From: Narcine bancroftii
Taxonomy: Eukaryota
NCBI RefSeq assembly: GCF_036971445.1
Contig: NC_091478.1
Location: 103,044,001-103,108,000, forward strand
Direction: 5' to 3'
DNA: 64,000 bases
Position numbers and translations under genes: made by a program. The notes beneath the pieces were generated by a model. That model ran no database searches, was not told the origin of the DNA, and was given only the letters and a program-made list of their open reading frames with translations. Positions 26,191 to 37,800 of the stretch are shown here, piece by piece; position 1 is the stretch's first letter; every line of letters starts with the position of its first letter.

Positions 26191-28499
26191 GGAAAAAAAA
26201 GTGAAGCGATGGAACAGCACCTGAGATTTATAACCTGGCAAGTACCAAGACGTCACTTCTTACATGAGCTGAAACTTCTAACCCTGAGCTGAAACCTCAA
26301 AAGGCGATGTATCAAACGGGTTTTTTTGTTGGAGTCGACTTGGATCGCAAGATTTTTCTTATTTCGACGTGACAGGCCCTTCTGGCTCACAAGCCCGTCC
26401 CCTGAACGTACGCGTAAGGGTGTGGAGGAACACCATGCAGACACGGGAGAACGTACAGGCACCGTGAAAAATTACGGAGAGGTTTTTTGTTTGGGCATCT
26501 CACTGAATTTGGGACTTGTTTCACACCATTTCTTAACAGGACAACAGATCCCAGTGCTCTTGATGGGATCTTGCCTTTATTTTTCAAAACACCGACCGCT
26601 TCTGAACGAGAATCCCACTGCAGTTTTATAGAGCGACATGGCAAAGCACGTTGTGATGGTTCGGATACCTGTCGAGCCGCACGTACACGCCGTGAATGGG
26701 TCCGTGGAGTGCTGTTCATTGGTTCCCCAGAAACTGGCGACGTCAGGAAACGTCGAGAGAGCAGCAGAGGTTGAGACCTCATCTGTTTGTGTGTGCGTCT
26801 GTCGCAGTCCCTCTCCCCGCACAGCCATCAACATTGTTTGCAAACGTGATTCCACTCACGATCCCATCGAGCGCCGCAGTGCCCGCGGCGGGCTCACAAA
26901 TCACGACCTCAATTCGAAATAAGCCCGGTTCCAAAAGATCAACCATCTTGATTGCTACTAGAATGGAAAGAGTACAGGTCAAAACAGCCGAGGAAAATCG
27001 TGATTGAACCTGGATTTCGCACACCAGAGGACTTGAGCCTGTGTGCACCACCCGTGGACCCAGCTGTTTTTCATCTGTGACATCGATGGCACATTCTCAC
27101 ATTCTAAACATTGATTAAGCAAATGATTGTTAAGGAGTTTTTGGTCAAAGGAAAATACAATCAGAAAGTTTTGCAGTTACTCAGAAGGGCGAGCAGCATC
27201 TGTAGAGTTTACTTTGAGGATTGATTGACATGGGGACTGAAAAGGGGGAGAGACGATCCATTTCTCTGCCATTTAATTAATACGTTATGCAGAGAGAGGG
27301 TGAAAGGTACGGCAACGACGGCGTCCAGATCTGATTGTGGTGTTTGGCCTTCCATGAGTACAGAGAAAGGCCCCATCATTTTCCAAGTGCTTGCATCATT
27401 CAGAAGCCTGATTATGATGGGAAATAAATGCCCGTGTCTCTGCCGCGCATCTTTACACTAGTGAAATTTCTTCCCTGCGGCCGGAGGATGAAAAGAGGGT
27501 AACTGGAATGGGATGAGACTTTCAAAATATTGGCCGCTTCTTCAGCGCAGCGGGGGTTTGCTTTGATGCTTTGAGCTGTGTTCACAACTCTGTAGTTTTA
27601 TTGATGGTCTTGGACAGAGCAGTTCCCAGACAGCAGATCGAAGTAGTAGGCCATTTGGCCCGTCAATCCTGCACCACATTTAACAAGATCACCCTTCAGC
27701 TGACTTTGAAATCATCTCGGCATTCCCACCTAACTCGAGTAGCGATTCACCATTGTTCATCAATGATCTTGTGGAGGTGAGTGCACGCCCACATCAGCCG
27801 TGATCTGACTGAATGCTCCACCGACCACACGGTGGATCTCTTCTCCCATTTCCTATGTTCTTAAAATACTCAAAGATTGCTTCCGCCACACTTTGTAGAA
27901 TAGTGCCAAAGATTCCAGACTTTGAGAGCAATAAATACCCCAATCGTAAATGGGCAGCCAATTATTGTTAAGCAGTGACCACCCCCCCCCCCCCCCCCCC
28001 CACCAAGTTCTGGATTCTTCCTCTCGGTTCAACCTCGGCAGACGGTCCAATCAGGAAAGATTGGTCAGGCTCAGGAAACCTTCCATGAACACATCACATT
28101 AAGGATATCCTTCGGACGGAAAGGACATAGATCCTCACACGTGTAATCAGTTCCTGAGTAATAACGTTCTATTGGATTTCCACCTGCATACTCAGTTTTT
28201 GGGATTGAGGCACCAGGTGCTTCTCCGTTTCACAGCACTACAACCTCTCACATTTAGATAGCATGCAGATACTGTTTCTTTCCCGACCAAAACGGACATT
28301 TAATCCCGTTTGCTAATATTTTTGCCCGTTCAATTTAATTGCATGTCCCCGTTTCCTCTCTTTTCATAAGGTGCTGGAAATACTCAGCAGGCCAGTCAGC
28401 GCCAGTGAGTGGAGAAACCGCTGACTGATGAAACGGAGCGTTAATTCTTTCTCTTTCCAGAGATGCACTTGGCCTGCTTTGTATTTCCACCAGCCCTTT

Positions 28500-28890
28500 T
28501 CAACCAAAGATAGTCCTCCAAGGCTACTGTAAATTAGAGGAACAACACCTTTTATTCCATATGGGCACTCACCAACCAGGCATTAACGTCGAGACTCCTC
28601 CGGCTGAATCCCCCCCCCTCTTTCCCCATCGTTTCACTTTCTTCCAACTCTCAGAGTGAACCCTTCTCTATCACTTCTCAGCTTTATTTTTCTCTTCTCC
28701 CCTCCCAACTGTATCCACTTCTTACTATGAGCCTGAGCTCCTCGCCGGTTCCTACCTCCAACCCCCTCTTTTTTATTCAGGCGCCTGTCTTTTTTTTCGC
28801 TCTTACTTTGAGAAGTGCTCAGGCCCGAAACGTTGGTTCTTCTATTTCCTGCAGATTCTGCTTGACCTGCTGAGTTTCTCCAGCACTCAA
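28500..28890 (+). mobile_element. Penelope-like element 3' end (GIY-YIG C-terminus, pyrimidine-rich UTR, hammerhead-like terminal repeat)
   Basis: 28531 onward translates KLEEQHLLFHMGTHQPGINVE, like the end of PLE GIY-YIG domains. It is followed by TTGAGAAGTGCTCAGGCCCGAAACGTT and the GACCTGCTGAGTTTCTCCAGCA tail. Confidence 0.6.
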
Positions 28891-29059
28891 TGCCTGCTGT
28901 TGACTTTCTGGTTTAACTCCTTCCATTTCTTGCCTGCCTCCCACCGCCCTGCACTCAAACACAATCCCCCTCACGCCCACCCGTCCACATCCAACCTGTT
29001 CCTGTTCATTGCACTGAACTCAACCAGAACTAACTCTCCTGTTCTTCATTGCAGCCAAT

Positions 29060-29658
29060 GCCCTTCCCCTTTCCCCCTTTTTCCTTCCCCCTCCCCCTTT
29101 CCCCCCCTCCTCCCCCTTTCCCCCCTCCTCCCCCTCCCCCTTTCCCCCCCTCCTCCCCCTTTCCCCCCTCCTCCCCCTCCCCCTTTCCCCCCCTCCTCCC
29201 CCTTCCCCCCCTCCTCCCCCTTTCCCCCCCTCCTCCCCCTTTCCCCCCCTCCTCCCCCTTTCCCCCCCTCCTCCCCCTTTCCCCCCCTCCTCCCCCTTTC
29301 CCCCCCTCCTCCCCCTTTCCCCCCCTCCTCCCCCTTTCCCCCCCTCCTCCCCCTTTCCCCCCCTCCTCCCCCTTTCCCCCCCTCCTCCCCCTTTCCCCCC
29401 CTCCTCCCCCTTTCCCCCCCTCCTCCCCCTTTCCCCCCCTCCTCCCCCTTTCCCCCCCTCCTCCCCCTTTCCCCCCCTCCTCCCCCTTTCCCCCCCTCCT
29501 CCCCCTTTCCTCCCCTTTCCCCCTCTCCTCCCCTTTCCCCCTCTCCTCCCCTTTCCCCCCCTCCCCCCTTTCCCCCCCTCCTCCCTTTCCTCCCCTCCTC
29601 CCTTTCCTCCCCTCCTCCCCTTTCCCCCCCTCCCCCCTTTCCTCCCCTTCCCCTTCCC
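29060..29658. repeat. Pure polypyrimidine/polypurine minisatellite, about 19-bp unit TTTCCCCCCCTCCTCCCCC
   Basis: About 600 bp of only C/T on the plus strand, directly visible. Confidence 0.97.
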
Positions 29659-30051
29659 AGTAATGAAACATTGTGTTTTGGCAACCCGTCCTCTTGATAT
29701 TATTGCTTCAATGCAAGCGATAATTTGTGGTCGCCACGGGGTTAAAGAGGGGCTGCCTGATGTATTTGCACCGACATTTAGCGCTTTAAATTTGAAAACA
29801 AGCCCTCCCTTCTCCCCCTGTCCTGTCACATGTCTTCTTTGGTTTGTCTATAATCCGCGTCACACCTCTTTGAGCCCAGATCTTTCGGGATTGTTCAGTG
29901 TATTCCGTTGTAACGGAGGCGTCTATCGGAACGGAAACAGCAATGAGGTGGTTTTAGAGTCTTTCCTCCCCGGGTCTTGCGCGGTGACTCGTCTCCTGCA
30001 GCTCATTCCGTCTTTGCTCGACTTGACTGTCTGTCCGTCCGTCCGTCCGTC

Positions 30052-30936
30052 ATGGAGAAGCCGGCAGTGCATTCGAGTCTGTGCATCCCCAAGAACTTCA
30101 GCTGTGTGGCCGCGCTGTACGGGAACCTGGCCGAGGAATGTTCGCGGGGTGCCGGCTGTGGAGTGGAAGAAGGGGTCGAGTATCTCCCCAAGGGCCAGCC
30201 ACAGCCGGAGGAGAGGAGCCGAGAGGGGCCCAGCAGCTGCGGTGCTCACCCCAGTCCAGGTCAACGCAGGAGAGCCAAGTCGTTGCCAGCTCCCGCGGAC
30301 CGCGGGTTGGAGAAAGCGCCCGCCTGCCGTGCGAGCCAGAAGAGCGTCCGCTTCGCAGACTCCCTGGGCTTGGAACTGACCACCATCAAGCACTATTGCG
30401 ACGCCGACATGCCCCAGATCCCCCACCGGGTCATGGCCAGGCTTCGGACCGAGCGCCTCCAGGCTACCAACGTGATGAACCTCCTGTTGGCCCCCCCGGC
30501 GCACACGCTGGAGCCCCTGTTCCGCAACCCCGCTGGCTGTCCCGGCTTCGTGGAGAGAGTCAAGACGGACAAGGTGTGCCTGGAGACCATCTCCACCGAC
30601 CACTTCAGCATCCTGGGGCTCATCAGGGTGTCCAACCTCGCCTACGAGAAGCAGGTGGCGGTCAGATATACCCTCAACCAGTGGACCTCTTACGTGGACA
30701 TCGGAGCTCACCACAGCGCCCACTCTGCCGACGACCAGACCGACACATTCTACTTCAAGCTGGTCACCCCGTTGTTCCTAGACGCCGGTGGTACTCTCCA
30801 GTTCGCCATCCGCTACTCTGTGGCAGGGCAGGAGTTCTGGGACAATAACCAAGGCCTAAACTACCAAATAGTAAGTCACAAGGTCAAAGTCACCCCACCC
30901 AAGGACTGGGAGAACGGCTGGATTCACTTCATTTGA
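30052..30936 (+). CDS. Protein phosphatase 1 regulatory subunit 3D/3E-like (glycogen-targeting, CBM21), single exon
   Basis: RRRAKSLP motif, RVxF PP1-docking motif KSVRFADSLGLEL, CBM21 motifs VCLE, GLIRVSNLAYEKQVAVRYT and FAIRYSVAGQEFWDNNQGLNY, and the C-terminal WIHFI typical of PPP1R3D/E. First ATG at 30052 gives 294 aa. D versus E cannot be resolved by eye. Confidence 0.92.
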   Translation: MEKPAVHSSLCIPKNFSCVAALYGNLAEECSRGAGCGVEEGVEYLPKGQPQPEERSREGPSSCGAHPSPGQRRRAKSLPAPADRGLEKAPACRASQKSVRFADSLGLELTTIKHYCDADMPQIPHRVMARLRTERLQATNVMNLLLAPPAHTLEPLFRNPAGCPGFVERVKTDKVCLETISTDHFSILGLIRVSNLAYEKQVAVRYTLNQWTSYVDIGAHHSAHSADDQTDTFYFKLVTPLFLDAGGTLQFAIRYSVAGQEFWDNNQGLNYQIVSHKVKVTPPKDWENGWIHFI

Positions 30937-33900
30937 GCCAAGAGGAGAGAAAAGTTCTGAACCTCGTCGGGGAATGGTGCGTTTGAAAGTCATCTCTGGT
31001 CCACTACAAGGTTTCAGTTTCTGTTTGAATCTATTGAGTGATGGGGCCACCTTGAGAACTACTTTCATTCTGTGTTGGTGGCAGGGAAAATTGGGCACAG
31101 TTGTTCGAAGCAGTGTTGAATTTTTTGGGGGGGTGGGGGGGTGGGAAATGTTAGAGTTCTTGGGATGGTCAGGTCTGCATGAGTAGAAATCATCCACCTG
31201 CCTTGTTCATGTTTGTTTTGGTCTCCACAGATGCTGCTTGACCTAATGAGGATTTCCAGCATTTTATGTTTTAATTTGCTTGAGCTGTAGCAAATGTAGG
31301 GAACCCTAAGAGATGAACAAGGTAAAACGTTGAAGCAGCTACAGAGAGAAGATGGGGTATCTTATTTTCAGAGGACTTCCAAACTTGAGCCTTTTGAATC
31401 CCTTTTTAAATGTACTTTCCATTTCCAAAATACTACTTTTTGATTGACGATATCAGAGATTTCTAAGGCTTGTACTACCTTTCGAAAAATAACTGGGTTT
31501 GGACAATTTTTTCATCCTCTTTGCAAACAAACTGTAAGCGTTGAACAAATAAATGCAGGCATCCTATCATTCCTACTCCTTCCCAGATGAAGGTTAACTA
31601 GTCTGGCAATGCTCCAATGAGGTGACCAGAATAACTTTTCAAAACTGATAAGGGTGCTGACAACATAAAGCTAGGCAGGTTACTTAATTTGGTATCTGGG
31701 AGGGTCAGGCAAAAGGAGTCAGATGGAGAAATGTCCAAGTGAAAGAGAGTGGAGGAAGCTGCCCGGGAGAGGAGTTGAAGTGTCGATTACGAGCGAGCAT
31801 CAACCTGATCAGAGATCTGACAAGAACGAGGCCAAGCATTTCAATTAACTGTTCTAAAAAAAAACTAGTGATATACTGTCAATTGTTTATTCTTAAAAAT
31901 CCTGTAACAAATGAATGTCTGTGGAAAAGTTTTAAAGTAATGTGAAGGTGAGCAGGATAAAAACACTGTGCACTTTGACCAAAATATAGATACCTTTTTC
32001 AAATTTAGATTTCATTCATATGCTCTCATAAAATATAAAATTTTGAAGCACTTGCTTAAGCCACAAAACAAAGATAGACTTGAGCAAGAGCATTAGTAAC
32101 GTGCACATACATGCATTGCAGTTTTTAAGAATTGTGATGCAACTTCCAAGGTTATGTAATTCAAAGATGTATTGTGGAAAATGCCCCATTAATTTTATTT
32201 TCACTGCTTACATATTTCTGCTTGGTAATAGGATTTGTGTATCTATTTAAATATCCTCTGTTATTGATGTGAATGAAATATTTTTTTAAAATTAAAGCAG
32301 TATCCTTGTGGTTGAAATACAAGGTCTGGAGAGATTCCTCCCAGTTCGGTATCAATGCTCTTCTTGGTTGGAAATTAAAAGCCAAAGAAAATTGGTTCGG
32401 TGAAGACCACCTTGCATGTTACCAAATTCCATCTTCAATTTTTATCCACCTCATTTTTTTTTAAATTAAAATTATGGCACAGAAGAGGTCTATTGGTTCC
32501 CAGAAGAGCCATTCCCCAAGTCTTGTAGCTCCGCAAATTATTATTTTGCAGATATTAATTTTTCCATTTGAATACACTGATTCTGTTTCCACCACTGGTG
32601 AATTTTGGTTCATTATCTTTTGCATTTGTTTCATGGTGTGCAGAATATTGCCTTGAATCATCTATCCGTCTGTTTAAAACTCCCAGCTACTAGTCCTTCA
32701 ATCGGTTTCCCTCTACCTAAATGACAGTCTGCTGCCCTTCTACTAAATCACAAGGCATCTTTGCCCAAAGCAGGACAATTACAGATTCTCTGATTTAATT
32801 CAGTATCTGAAATTCTCTATCCCTGCAATGTCATTAATAAAAGTTAAACTTGATACTTCTGACTGGCTACCCTTCTAAAAGTTATCTCTGCATATACATC
32901 ATAAGTAATTTTGTGTATTATATGTCAGAGTCACCCATGTATTGCAAATATGAGGTGAACACAGAGATCTGAATTTCCCAAAATCAATGAGTTCTTGAGA
33001 GTTTGGAATAAAGCAGAAATGGCATGGTGTAGAATAATGAAGATGTTGAGTTTTGATTAAACTCAAGGAGACTCTTGTGTCATAATTAATAGATGGAGTA
33101 TGTATACTGCTGGACTTGTCAGAATTGTTTTTGGAATTTTATAATTGTTTTTGTAAAATTTATATAAAATGAATTTTGATCAGTTTTTTGAATGAACAAT
33201 ATTAGTGTGAGCTGTGAGATTGGATAACCCAAAATTACAGTGGACAACAAATTTTTTTCCAGAGGTTTGCTTCTTGAAAAAAAAATTGTGTATGATAGAG
33301 ACTTCAAGTTGAACACAAAGATCATTTTAGTTTTGCTGTATCATATAGGAAGTTGGAGAAACATTTTAATTTTTTTTATTGAATGGAGCATATTTAATCT
33401 CAAAGTGATAGTGACACATGGAATTAGTTCAACTGTCCTAAAAGTGTTTTGCAGCTGATTTTCATTTGTACTCAGCATCTGATGCCTCTCATGTCAGTGT
33501 CCAATGATAGTCAGCCAGCATTGATGGATTCCAGTTGCCCTGGTTGAAATGCCCAAGTGAAACCTTTTCCATGGTTGAAATGCCCTGGTGAAACCTTTCA
33601 CCATGTTTGTCAGTGACTGCACCAAGATCAGCAGGGAAGACGTCCAATTAAAAATGAAGAAAATAAATTTTGAATGTCATGTTTTTTTTTACACTTGAAG
33701 TAGACTTAAAATATGACAGGAAATACAAAAGTAGGTTATATCTAAATAAAGCTTTGTGATACGAAAATCTTAAGGTTATTTTCATGATCAGCAGCCCAAA
33801 ATCCATAAAACAAACCCAAATCTTTGTTGTCCATGTAATTAGTCTTGCAACTGGGAAAGTTGAAGTGTGACTTCAAGGGTTTTAAGTTTTTGAGGAATTT

Positions 33901-34819
33901 GTTGGGAGAAACTATTTCCACTGATAGATGGGCTGGTTACCCGCAGCAAAAATGTGCAATAAGCTACACTGATCTTGAAGGCACAAAGTGAAGGGGTCAT
34001 ATGGGAGATTCAGTGATGTCCTGGGTCAGAAAACTTTCTGAGAGTTTGGAATAAAACTGAAATAGGACTAACTCTGCAGCCATCGTAGATAGGAAGGGCT
34101 GAACAGTCTCTCTCTGATTTGTATGATCTTTTCTATAAGTTGATTTAATTTTGTAATTTTAATTTTTACAGAAACTGATTTCAAAGATTCTCATCAGAGA
34201 GAATAAGTGGGTTAATTTCATTGACTTGCTTTACTTGATCTCTTTTCTTTGAAATAAATCCTTTATTTCATTAACCAGCCAATAAAAAAAGATGTACAAA
34301 TTTATCTGGGAATATATTTGATTAGGCTGACATAATCTTAACTCGTATGTGCACTGAAAGGTATTCATCTGAGTAGCTTTTACTGCTGTTCTGTTGCAGA
34401 TTAGTGTTAACATGACATTTATAAATGTGGCTTTATTTGTGCTGTGAAATGTAAATTTTTTTCAGGTTGCACTTTTGAAGTTTTTAAGGTTAGAAGAGCC
34501 GCCCTTTTTATCATGTGGACAGTAATCTATCAAACTTAATTTAATGGTGTGCCAATTTTGTGGTATTCTCCTGCTGAGTATAATGTTCCGATAAATTCAG
34601 GGAAACTTGCCCATTTGATTTGCATTGTTTCTGGCGAATGAGGAAACCTACAACTATATTGGCACTCAGGCTGCACTCTGAACTTGAAGTAATTTTCATA
34701 CCATTCCCACCTTCCCCACTGTTCACACTTCAGAGAATGCTCCCTGTTGAAGAGCGTGTTCAAACTTAAACTGTTGTTTCCTTTAAGTTCACTTTGAAAT
34801 CTCTAATTGACTCTTATTT

Positions 34820-37800
34820 TCTTTTTTTTAAAACTTCATTTATATAAAAAAATAAAAACATAACAAACAGTAGAGAAATAAAGAAAAATTTCCATTAACA
34901 CCCATCCCACCCTCCCATCCCTACAGCCAACTCCCTTAAGGGGAACAAAAAAAATTATTAAAAAAAATATATATATATATAAAAAGAAAATATAAATGTT
35001 AATAACATTTCAAAGTATATCTAAATGTGTATATTTCAAATACAGAGACCACTTACTAACAAAAAAAATAATTATCATGTAAATTATAAGTAATTTTTTT
35101 TCAATTCATTATGCCAATGTGCTATATTAATCTCAGTATCATCTTTCCAAGTACTAGCAACACATTTATGCGCTACTGATAACACCAAACGTACAAAAGC
35201 AATTTGAATTTTATCCAATCCCATTCCCCTTAACGAATACAAATTTCCCAACAAGAAAATCATTGGTAATATAAAATTATATAAAATTATATAATTTCTC
35301 CAAAACTACTTTAATTCCTTGCCAAAATGATTGAACTTTAACACAATTCCAAACAGCATGTAGAAAAGTTCCAATACATGAGCCATATCTAAAACAAGAG
35401 TCCGAATTACTAAACCCATTTTTTTTTAACTTTTCCGGGTTTAAATATAATTGATGTGAAAAATTATAATTAACCATTCCCTATCTCAATTTAATTACAT
35501 TGTCCTGACACATATTTGCCCAATCATCTTCAGGAAAAATAAATACTAAATCACTCTCCCATTTAAGTTTAGATTTCTCCCAATCTGTCTTATCCATACT
35601 ATCTTGTAACAAATTATACATAACTAAAATATAACCCTTTTCCGGTATAGAGGATATCAAAGATTCAAATCTCAACAAAGTAGGTAAAATCATCTCTCTA
35701 CCATAATTATCTTTTATCCAAGCTCTAAGTTGATAATACGCAAACAAAGAATTTACAGGTATATCAAATCTTTCTCTCAATTGATTAAAAGAAAGAAATT
35801 GCCCCGCTACAAAACAATCTTGTATTGTCTTTATACCTTTAGAATCCCAAATCTTTAAATGGTTATTAAACATTGAAAAATGTTTAATACAATGGAGTTA
35901 AAATTGATAATTTATCTTTTGACCCTAACACCCTGTTTTTTTTTAATCCAGATCTTTAACAAATGTTTCAATATCGGCATATCATATTGCTGTAACAAAA
36001 TCAAATTCCAACGGAATATAAATTAATGTATTTCAACCCTAGATATACACGGTATTTCCACTTTAGCCCAGCTGGGAGGCTGATCTAAATCCATCAATCT
36101 ACTAATAAACTTCAACTGGGCCGCTACATAATAATTTTGAAAATGTGGTAATTGTAGTCTGCCCAATGTATACTTCCATGTAATGCCATTCGGGTTAATT
36201 TACCTTTCCATAAAATCTCTTGCACTGCTTTATTCAAATCTTGAAAAAAGCCCTTAGAAAGTAAACAAGATAGTGACTGAAATAAATATTGAATTTGAGG
36301 AAAAATATTCATTTTAATACAATTAACCCGATCAACCAAAGTTAATGGAAGATCTTTCCACTTAATCAAATCTGCTTCAATCCGTCTTAATATAGGTACA
36401 TAATTTAACTGATATAATGATTGATAATTTGAATCCATAAATACACCTAAATATTTAATTTTACTTGTCCACTTTAATTTTGTAATTGTTTTAAATTCAG
36501 AATAATCTCCCACTCCAACTGGTGAAATTTCACTTTTATCACAATTAACTTTATATCCCGACAGTTCTTCAAATTTCAGTAAACACTCTTGCAATTGTTC
36601 CAACGACCATTTCGGTTCCGTCAAATATCAACACATCGTCCGCAAATGAGTTAATTTTATATTCTTCATTCTTAACCCTCATCCCTCTAATTTCCTCATT
36701 TTGTCTAATAGCCTGAGCCTGGTTCAATAACCAATGCAAATAAGGCTGGTGACAACGGGCAGCCCTGTCGAGTTGAACGAGTCAATTTAAATGGTAAAGA
36801 AATCATTTGTCACCACCCTAGCAATTGGGTTCGTATATAAAGCCTTAACCCAACCAATAAAAGAAGGGCGAAATTTAAATTTCTCTTAACACTTTCTGCA
36901 TCTAATGGTTAGGCTGCTTTCGATATGTGTTGACCAAAGTAATTAATCAAAATATATTATTTGATGCATTTCTATTCTTAATAAAACCTGTTTGATCAAT
37001 ATGTACCAATTTGTACAATGACAGTTATAGCACTTGAACATGATTCTGGTAACTTCTGATCTTCAGTAACTTGATTCAACACTTCTCCAAATACAGTAGA
37101 AAGATCATCATAAAAATTTTTATAAAATTCCACAGGGAATCCATCATCCCCTGGGGACTTTCCATTAGGCATCTCCTGAATAACTTCCTTAATTTCAAAA
37201 TCCAGAAATGAAAATTCCAATTCCTGAACCTCATTTCCATCTAATACCGGTAACTTTAATTTAGATAAGTAAGAATCAATAGAACCATTATCCTGTTTCC
37301 CCTCAGAGTACATAATTTTAAATAAAATGAATAAAACTGGTCATTAATTTCCTGAGGTTTGTAAGTAACTTTTGAATTCTTCTTAACACCATTAATAATC
37401 CGAGATGTCTGTTCAGCTTCAATTGCCAAGCAAGTACCTTATGAGCTCTTTTCCCCAACTCATAATAACATTGTTTAGATCAATTAATTAAGTGCTCAAA
37501 CTGATAAGTTTGTAAAGTATTATAACGTAATTTCAACCTCGCTCATGCAACTTGTTTTAATCTTCTGTTACCTCTTTCTGAAAATCTTTCCCTATCTCAG
37601 CAATCTTATTTTCTAACTCTAAACTTTCTGCCATGTATTGTTTCTTAATTTTCATAGAAAAACTAATAATCTGCCCCTTCAAATATGTTTTGAAAGCATC
37701 CCATATTACAAAATGACTATCCACAGACAACATTCTCGGTCAAAAATAAAGAGATATGTTCTTTAACAAAAGTAACAAACTCTGGCTTTTTCAATAACAT

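Noticed and set aside
26990-27060. tRNA-like sequence on the minus strand (GGTTCAATC)
   Set aside because: Only a partial B-box; no convincing stems.
28900-29829. Pro-rich and Gly/Arg/Glu-rich ORFs
   Set aside because: Translation of a pure C/T tandem repeat.
29663-30848. Alternative-frame and antisense ORFs over the PPP1R3-like gene
   Set aside because: Shadow ORFs caused by GC-rich codon usage.
33538-33606. 31-bp tandem duplication TGGTTGAAATGCCC..GTGAAACCTTT
   Set aside because: Two copies only, probably internal to an old repeat; no further structure seen.
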